Source: Gonapodya sp. JEL0774 (Eukaryota). From it: a stretch of DNA of 64,000 nt. Each line of letters starts with the position of its first letter. Within the stretch, counting starts at the first letter, position 1. Below are positions 1 through 12,609 of this stretch, piece by piece. The stretch lies in assembly GCA_027604505.1 (NCBI GenBank), contig JADIIX010000014.1, positions 124,001 through 188,000 of the forward strand, in the 5' to 3' direction. A model generated the notes under the pieces. The model was not told the DNA's origin. It made no database searches and saw only the letters and a program-made list of their open reading frames with translations. Position numbers and translations under genes: made by a program.

Positions 1-2812
1 GGCCAGGCGTTTAACCAGAAGCACCTGTTCGTGCACCTCGTCCGACTTCACAGAAGTCTGTTCTGAGATCCGATCTCGCTTCTCCTGGAACGCTAGAACT
101 TCTTCGTCAGCTCGGCGAATACGATCCTTGACGGTGCTCATAAGTTTGAAGAGGGCGGGCTGAGCGCGTAGTACGTATTCCCCCCGTACGTTAGTTCCAA
201 ATCAGATCACAGAGCACCAGACGGCCAATATTTGGTTCAGAGTAGCCCACCTTTATTACTCTTTCTAAATCCACACTTCCAACATCCTCCTTACTTTTCG
301 GTTGAGGGTTCAACTCTAGTTCGTACTTCACACCCGCTGCGTTTGTCGACGACGGTTCCAGCAAATCCATTCGGTAGCACGCTGCATTGTATTCTTGGAC
401 CTTTTTTTCGAGCTAAAATGGAAGCGTTTGGATACGGGTATGTTCGAAAACATTGATTCTGTGGCTCTTCGTTGATCACGCAGGGTGGCAAAGGAGTAAC
501 ATACCCGATCAAACACCTTCTGGCCCGCAATCTCCGAATCCCATGCCATCTGGGACAATTCCTCTCCTTTACTAGAAACGACCTGAATCTGCCGGGCTAA
601 ACTCTCCTTCTCGGCGTTCATGCGGTCAACGTCCTCGGGGCGGATCTCTTGCGCGTCCACCACTTCTTGCAGACGGGTTCGCTCGAGGGTGATTTCAGCA
701 AGTTGAGACTCTGGCGAATCCATGATTTTCGATGGTAACACGAATTGTGAGCGACCGAGGAGCATCGCAACTCTATCTACAGAAACCCACCCATTGCCTT
801 GGTCTCCTGAATGTCATTGTTCCACCCCTCGGTCTCAGCTTGTACCTTTTTCTTCAAATGCGAATTATACTTTTCGTAGTTCCGCATGTCGCCTTGGCGA
901 TTGAGGTTGTCGGCTTTGAGGATCGCCAGCGGGTCCTATATGAATGCAAGAAGGATAAAAATCAGCCAATGAGTTGCATACCGCTCGGTGTGCGGAAGGA
1001 AAAGGGTATGGCGCATCTTTGTGATGCTACTCACCGTCCCTTCGCCCAACCTCACGAGCGACTCCTCCAAGGCCTCGGATTGGCGTTGCAGTTGCTCAAT
1101 CTGGCCCAACACCGCACCAGTTTTCTTATCTGAGAACGAAGATCAGTGATTGCATGAGCACATGTCCCTCGAAAAAGGGACTGCAACCGATCACAAACGC
1201 GACCCCCGTACCACCCACCGTACGTATTGACCAACTCCCTATCCATCGCGTCGAAATTATCTCCTCCTGCTAAGAACACTTCATACGCCCTGGAGACGTA
1301 CTCGAAGAATGTGCGTTCACCCGAGGCGGCCGGATCTTGCTGGGAAGCGAAGCCGTTGTCGGCGAAGTCCGAATTTTGTTCGAGAGGGTCTGCGTGTTCG
1401 GATGCCTGAGGACGTGGGTGAGAAGGGTGGGATGGGAATGGATTCGTCGGCGGTTGGTCCGTTCATAAGGTATTTATGTTGTGTGGTTGTGTGGTGGCAG
1501 GAGGGGAACATCCATTTGTGATGATTCTATCCAGGCGCGCCAACGTGTCCCCAAACCCCAACCATCCCAACCATCACGCCACTCACCACGACGAGTTCCA
1601 TCATCCACATCAAAATACCGAGACAAGTGGGCCACGAGTGCATCGAGCCCACCGATATCATGTGAGATTTGGTGATTGAGTCGGCGAAGGGGTATCTATG
1701 GATGTGATTGGAAGCAAGAGTGAGTTGAGTGGAGCTCAAGTGAAGTTCAAGTTTCCGACAGGAATGCGGTCACTTTCATGACTTGTCTGCTTCAATTATC
1801 GAAGGGTTTCTTCCGCGTAGGGTGACCCGCTCCGGACTTGGAGGGGTGTGTGGGTGCCAACCGAACACACGTGTCCCTGCTTCTCTCTCCACATACATGG
1901 ACACCAGGCAGCTGGCTGAGTACTAACAAAGCATCGTCCAGAAGTTTCTCGCCACTTCGGTGAATGGCATTCCACCACTCCAGTCTTTGACCGACTCACT
2001 TGAGACTCTTCATCACGGCCGGAACCTCCTCCTCGAACTTCTTTGTGAATTCAAAATTGGGATCAATCATATCCAACATGTGTCTGAACATGTTTTGGAA
2101 GTCTTTTTGGCTGGGAGATTGGAGCTGCTTGACAGAGAGAGCCTGAGCATAACCCGTGGACATAAGGAACTGGATGAGTTGTTTAGCGGAAGCGGTTTGC
2201 CAGGCTTTATCACGGAGAGGGCGAGGGTCTTTGGAAATTTGTGGGCCAGAGGTGGGGAGGAGGGAGGGGCGTGCGGAAGCGAGAGAAGAGGAGCGTCTGG
2301 ATAGAGTGGGCCAGGTTTAGTAAGACAATACGAGAGTGGTCAACAAGCATCAATATAGCATGGTGTGGAGGATATGGAATTCGGTGGAGGAGAACAGCCG
2401 TTGATTCGTGGGAGGCGGTTATGGAAAGGCAGGAGAACCAATGGAATTCCGGAAAAACGGGTCCGATATGGCGATTTACAGCAGCCATCATAAATTCATC
2501 AATGTTCAAAGTAATTATGATTGAAAAGAGACAGTGTGAGCGTGAATCGCGGCTGGTGTGATTGGCGGCTTTGTCCATCACCCCACTGGAGAGCTGAACG
2601 CACCTGCTGTTTCCAGCGAGCGATCCTTGCCGTCCCTGAGCATTCTGAGCGCCGCCAACTTGCTGATTTCCAGCCAGGGACATTTGGGAAAATTGGTCCG
2701 CCAATCCGCCGATTCCCGAGGGTCGAAGATTCGCCACGTTGGAAGCGCGCAGCGGGCCAGCCATCGACATGCGGCCCGATGCCATTGAGAATCGCCCGTT
2801 CTGTTGAGACAT
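1..2812 (-). CDS. NDC80: Kinetochore protein NDC80/HEC1 (multi-exon; 3' end beyond left edge)
   Basis: Spliced translation gives MSQQNGRFSMASGR..., RDKAWQTASAKQLIQFLMSTGY...SPSQKDFQNMF...DPNFEFTKKFEEEVPAVMKSL/YPFADSITKSHMISVGSMHSWPTCLGILMWMMEL (Ndc80 CH domain), then coiled coil with LQEVVDAQEIRPEDVDRMNAEKE. Confidence 0.92.
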
Positions 2813-2998
2813 CGCGGGTCGATTCGAAAGGGAAATTGAAGCGCCGATTGCGTGAACAGTCAGTTTTGGGCTCCGTGCACGGTTCCCGATGTGTCAACTA
2901 TTTTGTGAACGAGGGTTTTTATATCAAACCATAATCCATTCAGCCCTTGTATATTTTCTGTCTTTTCCCACGAGTAGCTGGAAGATTGGGAAAGTCAG

Positions 2999-5221
2999 AT
3001 GGACGCAGCTGCACGATTAGAAGAGCTCTTTCTGCAGCAGTTTGAATTGGATGTTGATGCGGTCGTAGATGGTGATCCGGGGGGCAACCGCACGGGAATC
3101 AAGCGGATCAAGTCTACGAAGAGGAAACGAGATGCGGAGGAAACTACGGTAGAAACGGATGCGAATGATGGCTACGCGAGAAAGAGCTCGAAGAAGCGGG
3201 CAGCAACGCACGAAGCTCTCGACTCTGCCGTTACCCAGTCTGGGGAACTCAGATCCGACCGCGCCTCACGGTCTGCACCAACTCTAGATGAACATCTTAC
3301 TGATGACTCGGATGTCTCAGAGGACGAGGATGACGTGGATGAAGACGGTGAATCCCTCGTTTCGGATGACTCGGAGAACCTCATGGGGGACTATGAACAC
3401 GCGGACGAAGAGAGTGACGTCGAAGACGACGGAGAGACTGAAGACGATGATGGAGAGGAGGACAGTGATGAAGAAGCAGACGATTCGGACTCTCGTGGCG
3501 ATTCCACCAAGTCCGCGAGGGCTTCCAAAGAGACACTTCACCAACCTGCAAAACAACCTGTTTTGGTTGTTGCCGATTCCGACCCTGCACTGCGCGCTCG
3601 CGCACGTGGTCCCGACGGGAGGAGTAAGGCGGATTGGAAGGCGTTCATGGTGGGTGTTGGGTAAAACGGAGGAGGTTTCAGGTTGGTACCGTGTGGCAAC
3701 ACCACGCAGTCTAGGATACACCGGTGCGAACAAGTTGCTACCTGGCTGCGTGTGGCTCTTGATGCGATGGGACATGTGTGGTGCCACTACGATCCCTTTC
3801 TGCAAAGGGTACTATGGGTTCTCTCGGACATCAACACATCTGGAATAGAGATGCTTGATCGCTGCAGATTTGTGATACAGCACAATCGACAATGAGTGGA
3901 AGTGGGATTTGCGTAGCCCCAGGACTGAGGTTCGAAACCGTTGGGACGATGTCGCACCACTCTTTCACCAAAACATGAGATCATATTGAGCTGATCCACG
4001 TCGCCTGTCGCCGCACTGCTTTTCTGGATTCTTCATATTCACATTTTAACCACCTCATGGTCCACATCTGGTCCATCCCTTCAGTCCTCCAAAGTGTCAA
4101 AACTCACCGGAGCCGACGCCGCCAAGAAGGCTTCCAAACTCACACCTCAAGAGCGACAAGAGGATGAGTGAGTCTTGGTGTTTCGAGATTTTGGTGGGGG
4201 CCTTGCACCTTCGCTCATTGACACTATCTGTTCCACCAAAAACACTCACCACTCTCGTCTTGCCTGGTATAACTTCTTCTGTGGTATGCGCGCACTCTGT
4301 TCAGAGACGACCGTCGCAACGATGCCACCCTGGCCGACTTGATTCGCGACTCCGGCATCATTGAGGAGTACAGTGAGTCCCCATGGTCTATAGGCTCCAT
4401 CAGCCGTACTAGTCTAATTCGTGGTCGTTTGTCCGAACTAATCCCGCTCATCGCCCGATGGACACCTCACTCTAAGCCATATCTAATTTACCCGGACGTG
4501 AACGACGGCGATATTTGCAGCACCGCGCCGCATCGGTGGGGTTGACGGTAAGCGATTGGTGGTCCATCGTACTCAATACATCCAATGTGTCTCACCCACG
4601 TCGGTTTCCACTTCCGAACACCCTCCGTCCGCTCCAAACCCACCACACCAGACCAACCAACCGAGCCATCCCCTGCACATCCGCCTCGGAATCGCCCGTG
4701 CACAAAAGAACCGCCAGTCCCTCGCCGCGTCTGCCAAGCGCGACGGTGCCGTCGACACCTCGCACATTCTCGGATCGCTCACGTCGCCTTTGGGATCACG
4801 GGTCGGGTCTTCTGGGGGCACAAAGAGGAAGCGGGGGGTGAGCAGAGCTTTCGCGGAAGGCGGGGTGGGGAGGATTGTCGGAGGCGTGATGAGGGTGACC
4901 AAGGAGGAAGTGAAGAGAGTGGAGGCGCAAGGGCAGAGGGCAAAGATTGGAGAAAGCGGGGGGAAAGGAGGGAAGGGAGGGAAAGGAGGGAAAGGAGGGA
5001 AGGGGGGGGAGGGGGGGCCGGGGGCGAGAGGGGGTCACGGAAAGGGCTGNNNNNNNNNNCCCGGTCCGTGGCCACTCAGAGGCAACTCTGGTGGCACAGG
5101 TGGACAGTCGTCTCATCTTGTCTCCCGAGTGCTCGTCGGCCGGGGTGGCATGGGAGCTAGAGGGGGTAAAGGAAAGGGCAAGAAAGGGTTTGCGAGCAAG
5201 GGAAAGAGAAGGGCCAAGTAG
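2999..5221 (+). CDS. FAF1/C1orf131 (DUF4602)-like 40S ribosome biogenesis factor, multi-exon
   Basis: Acidic low-complexity N-terminus, DWKAFM/SSK, DATLADLIRDSGII, HPLHIRLGI...KRGVSRAFAEGGVGRIVGGVMRVTKEEVKRV resembling the Faf1 C-terminal motif, then GKG-rich tail; 10-N gap at 5050-5059. Confidence 0.65.
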
Positions 5222-5557
5222 TGGAATGCATGGGTTATTGACAACGAATGGGCATGTCGGTGTCACTTTCTGTAAATTATAGAATACCCGAACGCATCTG
5301 CATTCGAATCAATGCCAAGTACATGTGTTACTTCAATCAATCTCACATTCTGCCGCTGTGTTCTAATAAATGATGTTGCCGCAGAACCACCCCACGTCGT
5401 TGCGGATAATGACGAGCGCCACTTTCGTCGCGCAGCGCAAACACGCACTTTCCCACCAAGGCTAGTCCGCGCGCAACCAATTTCCCTCAGAGGTACGATA
5501 ATCTCATTACTAAAGTGAGATGTTCTCTGCTTGTACTCAGATGAGCCCATGTCGTCC

Positions 5558-6275
5558 TTAAGTCAATCCCAATTGTGCCCTCAGAGCCACATCGCGCACC
5601 TCGTACACTGTCTCGACTGGAATCTCCAATTTGCCCCACTCAGCTTCCTCGCTGTAGGCGCTCTGGGCACGTACAAAATCAGTCACGTCCTCAATCTTCA
5701 CTACTCCTTCGCCCCGCCCGTACGCCTCACCGAGCTCCCCCTTCACACCGATCTGGATCGCGCGTCTCTGCTCGTTTCGACCATCTGGACCATGGTCCGG
5801 ATCCCATTGTATTTGCACGTCAAATTTCTGTCCCTTCGCCCGTGATCCCAGCGACGCGGCTCCTTGGGCAAGCACCCGATCAAAGAACTCCCTGGTGAGC
5901 GTGACAGCCAACACCGTTTCCTGGTTGTGCTTGGTAGCCCATCCACAACGGTACATCATCCAGAGAAAGTTGGGCTTGAACCAAGTCATTCGCGTGGTGG
6001 AGAATGCATCGCATCCCGAGAAGCTCCCGTTCAATGATGCATGCTCTCCAATGGTGGGGTTGTAAGCTGCAAGTGAGCAGTCAACAACGTTACTTCCGAA
6101 GTCACAGTTTCATTTAAGACAGCGACGAATGGCTCAAGAAGTTGAACGGAGGATCAGCCTGACCTTGATAGACCACAATCGTGTCCTGGTCGTGGTGAGC
6201 GAGAATATGCTTTCCAGAGTCTGGCCAGCGACCGCGCTGATCCAGATACGGAGCGGTTTCAAATGACGATGGCAT
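5558..6275 (-). CDS. DUF4291 family protein, two exons (intron 6067-6163)
   Basis: MPSSFETAPYLDQRGRWPDSGKHILAHHDQDTIVVYQ/AYNPTIG...RMTWFKPNFLWMMYRCGWATKHNQE...VQIQWDPDH...RRAIQIG; these motifs are typical of DUF4291. Confidence 0.88.
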
Positions 6276-6784
6276 CGTCAATGTGCTTTGGTGATAAAAT
6301 TCAGAAGAACGGTGGAAGACATATCTTCACTCGCCAATTTACAAGCTCTTCGTGCTGGTGGATGCTGCCCACAAGTGGCCCTGCAAACAACCGCAAACAC
6401 GCAGTCCATCCCAATGCGACGCTTACTGTTAAATTGCAGAACAGTCGGGAAATAGAACAGACTGTTTTGGACTACGTTAGTGATTTGCGTTTCTGTGACA
6501 ACTAAACTTGCTGTGGAATCGTTCTCTCAAAATGCTTTCAGAGAGGGTGACAATAATTTGATGCACGAGTCTCTTGTCCTCGCCGGGCCCCCACGCCGTT
6601 CAACATGAAGTTCCCCCTGACGGCCTCGTGTCGACTGATGCTACTATTCTACAAGCAGGTGTTTGTTGCATCCACTAGTACTAATATTCTACACGTCACA
6701 CCACACGGTTGAGTCCGAACGCAGCGAGTTGTCCCCCTGCCCGAGAGTTTTTCTTCCTCTCTGACCCCGCCGAACGGTTCACGT

Positions 6785-8940
6785 TTACAACCCAACCCGC
6801 TCCTCCCTTCCCTCTTTGCCCCCCTTACCTTTACCCTTCTTCTTTTCTTTATCCTTGCCTTTGCTCTTTCCTTTTCCCTTCCCTTCACTCTTCCGACCTT
6901 TGTCTCCCTTCATTTTACCTGCCGACCCTCCACCACCCACTCTCGCCCCCTCTGTAGAGAACATTTGCCGCCAGATCACTTCACGTGCCCACTTCCGAAT
7001 CTGCGCGTTGTCCGTAGTCGGGACAGTGGTGTCTGGCGGCGGGGACGACAGAGCGCACGAGGATTCGCACGTGAAGAGCACGAGGGTGCCGAAGTCGATG
7101 GCGTCACGAGCGAGGTGGTCGATGGGGAGGTGGAGGAGGAGAGAAGGCATAATCTGGGGAAGAGTGCATTTTTGGTGTTGCCAGAGGCGTGCGAGTCGGG
7201 GAAAGTTGGGGTGGGGAGAGATGAGACAAAAAAGCAAAAAGAAAAGTCAAGAACGAGGTGTGCGCGAGATCACATGATAATCCGGTATGTTGTGCAACTG
7301 ATAGCGTAGTCAAATGTCCTCTATGCATATACGAGACGTTTCCACGATCATCAAACCACGCGCCAAACCCACCTGAAACTCGAAACCTCTCCTACCCCCA
7401 CACCTTTCACAGTCCGGCACATCCCCCTTGGCCGGTCGCTCCACCTCGCTCGCCCACAGTGGGGTCGGCGACCGAGCTGGCGGTGTCCACACCGCTGCCG
7501 ATCCATTGACGGTGGACGAGTGGGGTACAGTTTTTATTTTGGAAAAAGATTGCGCAGGTGGTGCGTCGGCGTCGGAGTCGGAGTCGGAGGAATCAGAGGC
7601 GGCGGATTCGTTGTCGGAGTCCTGGTCGTCGTCGTCGGTGGAGGAGAGGTCTTCGTCGTTGTCGGAGTGCTCGTCTGTGCGGGCGTACCTAGCAGACGCA
7701 GTCGAGAGGGTGTGTGTTTGGAGGATCGAAGAGTGGGTTCAGACCCCCGCGCAGGTGCAAAGATGTTGCCCATTATAATGTGAAACCTCACCGAACAACC
7801 TGATCCGACGCCCTCGCCACCCGCTTCTGGAATCTCAAAAACTGCGCATCGACACCCGTCGAGTACCGCTCGTACCGTTCGGGTCCAAACCCGCGCTGGT
7901 CAGGGTCGTCGTCCTTGGCCGACGCTGTGGCGCCGCGTAAGGAGGCGGGGAGTTTCGATTCGGCCGGTGCTGGGGGTTCTTCTTCACTGATGAGCTCGAG
8001 TTCGGGCCAAATGAGGCCCTTTTTAGGGTCGGGTTTGGGTACGGTAGGGTGAGAGGAAGCGGCGGTCTCCTTTGTTGGGGATGAGGGTGTTGTGGGGTCG
8101 GCAGTGGCAGTCGCGCTCGCGTCTGCTGCTGTTGCTGCAGCAGTTTGAGTGGCGACAGCAGCTGCGCATGCCTCCTTGTGTCCGCCGACAGTCCAGTGAT
8201 GGACTTGATGTTCGCGACCGCAGTACTGGACTTGCCGACATCGTGAGCAGCGAGAGGGTGCATGGAGGCCGCATACGGTGCAGGTGGGGACTTTCATGAA
8301 GGGACAGAAAACAATCGGTAATGAGAACCCGGAGAGAATATTGTTGCGAGAGAAGTGTGAGCGAGCTGGCACAGAGTCAGATGCTCACCGGGTTCGAAAG
8401 GCTTACGAGCTGTTCCAACATACGGATTTAGTTTAGGGAGTTGGGTTCGGAATGCTCGAAGGCTTCATACGGGAAGAAAGGTCTTCACATGAACTTGCAC
8501 ATCGATTCATCTCGACCAACCGGTCACGACGAAACGTGTATGCTCACAAGCTGTCAGACAGACCTACCTTGCCTTTGGATCCTCATGAAAGCATGCACCC
8601 TTTTTGCAGCCGAAAACGTAGACCACACGGTGGTAAGCATCCTCTCCGCCGTGCTCTGGAGTATACAACTGCAGCGTCAACGGCATCACCGATCCACAAC
8701 GGCCACACGTCACGTCAGATGCACGCAGTGGATTCGTGGGGTCGAGCCAGAGCTGGAAATTTCGGTTTTCCGTGCGAAATCGCAAGACGATTGTGAGACG
8801 AAGTGAAGACCCGTTCTTGCTCCGTTATTCACTCCACTCACGGGTTTTCCGCCAACTTTTGAAGGGAACGCAGACGGGTCATCAAGATCTACAGTGAGCG
8901 TTTCCTCCGGCTCCTCCAGAAACCCAATGTGGACAACCAT
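6785..8940 (-). CDS. PDCD2: PDCD2/TSR4-like MYND-finger protein (uS5 chaperone), multi-exon
   Basis: FPSKVGGKP/WL...CGRCGSVMPLTLQLYTP...YHRVVYVFGC; MYND finger CTVC..SRCSRC..VQYCGREHQVHHW..GHKEAC; PDCD2_C CERCGGRRGFEFQ/IMPSLL...IDFGTLVLFTC. Confidence 0.92.
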
Positions 8941-9300
8941 GGTGAAAGAAACGATGGATGGCCAAATTTTCTCATTTGGAGCTGTGGGGACCTGGCTTGC
9001 AGTGCTGCACCAAACCAACAAACCAACAGCGGAGCTTCAAATCTGTGAAACCAATGCAAGACGAGTTTGTGACTTGACGAGGGAATTTCATTTAGAGAGC
9101 GCACACAATATTGAACCGCTTGACATGGTTCCAGGTTTGGGGTGGTAATTAATTAAATTGACATTCGACAATTGAATAGTAAGCGATATTAAATGCGCTG
9201 GTTCTCCAAAATACATGTCAGAGAGCTTTCTCCTGCAGCGCCTCTGAGTTGGGGGGAGAAACATCCTTGTGTGAGTCTGGCAATCGGACTCCAAACCCAA

Positions 9301-12300
9301 ATGCATCTTTGGAAGCGAGCCCTGTTCTTGGGCGTCGTCCTAGCCGGCCTTTTGGGTGGCGCAAATGCCATTTACAAAGACCAAATCGGCGTCTTCGATT
9401 GGTATGAATTCTGGTTGAGCTTCCACGGTTTCGCGACACACGTCAATCGTTTGCATCTCGACGATTTGCGACTCAAAGGCACAAAGAAGTCGTCGGAATC
9501 CCCTCGTTTTCCTTCTTCCGAGAATTCAATCGCAATTCGCTGCTCTTCGTGGCGACGAAACAGAACGTTGTCGCGGCGCTGTCAGCATCGTCTGGGGATG
9601 TCCGTGAGTGGATCCATCCTTCGCCCGCTCCTCAATCTGCGATTTCTCAACGATCGGTGGATGAATGAATGACCTAGAATGGAGACACAAGATTGAAGAG
9701 GGAGCGCTCTGGGACTTCCAGGCAATTGGAGAAGGTATGACTTCCCCATGACCCCACACAATCAAGATATCAATGACTCACATCCATACTGACAGCCATC
9801 ATTGTCGCAACCGGCACAACCACTTTGAAAGTGCGCGCTTGGGACATGGTGTCTGGAACTTTCCTCTGGGAGTATGTCGCCAACACCCCAGGCACCGTCA
9901 GTTCAGTAAAGTTGGCACAGATGGACGATACCAAGGTCTCCGTGACCACCAATCTGGAAACGGTCGTGCTACAGCTCAGAAACGGGTTCGTTGCAGCCAC
10001 GGGTGCGACAGAGGTACGTGGTGGGACATTCAGGGTTTCTCCATCCACATCTTCACTTCCCATTCTCTACCTCCCAGACACCCTCCCGCCCCATTCCCGC
10101 TTCCCAAAAACCTAAAAATCCCGCATCCCTCTCCCTTAAAGTCAACCCGGATGGCACCATTCAGACCTACGACGGGCCCAACGTACTTTGGACGAGAGAC
10201 GAGAGTCTCGCATTGGCGGTGGACGCGGTGTTTGTGGACCTTCCTGAGGAGCAAATGTTCTCACTAGAGCACACGGAGCTCGGTAAGTCCTGTGCAAACG
10301 CGTTGATGATGGAGGTTCGGCACCGTAAGCTCCTTTTCGCAACGTCATTCACGAAAGATGGCTCCGCGAATGCCACTCCGCTCGAGCGGTACATCAAGCG
10401 ATGGACCATTCACATTGCAAAGCTGATGGTGAGCTGGTGTTACCACCCATCTAGTCTGCACCCAGAGTGTTTCCGTTGCGACTCATCGCATTTGCACCTA
10501 GGCCCTCACCCCTCTCGAAATGAGCTCCCACTTCTGGGGCTCGCCTCGCGAAAAAACTAACGTCCTCTACCGTGACTCTTTCGGCTTCCGCAAGCTCGCC
10601 GTCATCCTGGCGGCCAACGGGAAGGTCATCGCCCTGGACACAGATGGTGGGAGGACCGTGTGGAGTGTGTACCTAGAGGGGTTACAAGGGCGGAAACTGG
10701 AGGTTCTGAGAAGTACAGCGGTGAAGTTTCCGCCTGTTTTGGCCGTGGTGGGGAAGAGCACCAAGGTGCGTTTTGTTGAGGAGATTGCGGGCTCTTGCTT
10801 GACTTTACGCCCTGCCAACTACCATTGTGTCGCTCAAATTCACATAACTTGCACTGCGAACCAGACTGGCACTCCCATTAGAATCTTGAATGGCATCACT
10901 GGTGAAGATTTCACAACGGGCCAGGACCCTTTCAACACCGCGTCCGCAGTTATCAAAGCAGAAGTGACCACCATCACGAAATTGCCCATTGAAGAACTTT
11001 CAGAACGGACCAACGTGCTCGCTCTTGTGGACTCGAACTCAAAAGTGGGTCAGTCGATCAAATATCATGTTATGGACCATCTCCACTTAACTATCGCCTC
11101 GGTGGTTGTGCCTCGCTTTGATAACTTCAGGTTCACCTCTTCCCCGAGACCCCCGCAGTCCGAACAGCTTTTGCCGAGTTCGCACCGTCTTTCTTCCTGT
11201 ATGACTTAAAAGGTGAAAACGCCTTGGTCGGACGGCAAGCCGTCGTCGATTCCACCAACAATGGCGTGAGTTTTCCCACACAGAACCATTGCGACATGAA
11301 TGAAAGGGAAAGGGAATGATTTACGAACGGGTGTTCTTTCCTCAAAGGCTTTCCCCACCCGCGAAACCTGGAGCGTAGACTTTCCTGCAGGAGAGTTCAT
11401 CACGACTTTGGGCACACCGTGGGACCGCCGTGTCGCGTCGCTTGGTCGCGTCCACGGCAACCGCTCCGTGCTGTACAAGTATTTGAACCCCAACTTGATC
11501 GCCGTTGCGACACATCGTAGAACTCCGCAACCTCTGGCGTCTCTCTACCTTGTGGACACCGTGAAAGGTGCGGTGCACTTTTCCGCGTCGTACTCGGTCG
11601 GGGCGGATCCGGAACCGGGCTTGCCCAAGTATGGACACCACTTGGTACAATGGGAGAACGTCGTTCTGTTCAGCTTCTGGAACTCTGGTGGTTTCGACAA
11701 GAGGGAGGAGATCGTGGATCCCTTCCAAGCTGAGGATAGCCAAAGCCAAGATAGTGGCGACAAGAAGCGAAGAAAGCGCAAGAGGAAGCGCGAATCGAGA
11801 GCAAAAGGTCAGGAGATTGTGGTGCTCGAAGTTTTCGAGAGCGAGTTTGTGGACAAACGGATTGAGAGGTGCGTTCATGCATCCATTCTTGAAAAGCCTC
11901 TGCCTCTCCTGAATCTTGGTTTCCTGATATCAAAACTCAGCCGCAACTTCTCTTCCCTTGAGAGTGCCCAGCCGAACGTTCTCTCCCAGGCCTATGTCTT
12001 CCCTTCATCCATTTCGGCTGTTGGTGTGACCCAGACCCATGCGGGTATCACGACTCGCGAAGTCCTTTTCGGTCTCCCGTCCGGTCAGATTGTTGGTGTC
12101 AACAAGAAAGTGTTGGATCCGAGGCGGCCATATGGAGCACCGTCGGCGGATGACAAGGAGGAAGGATTGGTGCCATACACACCGATGGTGACCATTAACC
12201 AGAAAGATACCGCGACATACTATCTGAAGGTTCGTCCGCACCTCCTGCTTTTTGGTGACTTCAAGATAGATTGAAAGAAACTTCCCGTTACAATCAGGTT

Positions 12301-12597
12301 CTTGGCATCAATCACATCATCTCATCCCCAGCATTCCTTGAGTCGACTTCCCTCGTTCTTGGTTATGGGATGGACGTATTCTTCACACGACGAAATCCTT
12401 CAAAGACCTTCGACATCCTCAGTGAGGATTTCAGCAGGGTCTCGCTTCTAGCCACCGTTGCCGCACTCACAGCGGGTATCGTTGTTGCAAAATACATGGT
12501 GGGTACACACATATGCTAATTTCATCTACTCTACTCTATTTGTGACGTTTCCATTTACCAGGCACAACAAAAGAAGCTCCGAGATGCATGGATATAG
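9301..12597 (+). CDS. EMC1: ER membrane protein complex subunit 1, about 13 exons
   Basis: Signal peptide then AIYKDQIGVFDW; LWTRDESLA; RDSFGFRKL; VASLGRVHGNRSVLYKYLNPNL; GITTREVL; LDPRRP; LESTSLVLGYGMDVFFTRRNPSKTFDILSEDF; C-terminal TM and KKLRDAWI*. Confidence 0.96.
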
Positions 12598-12609
12598 AGA
12601 TAGAAGCAC

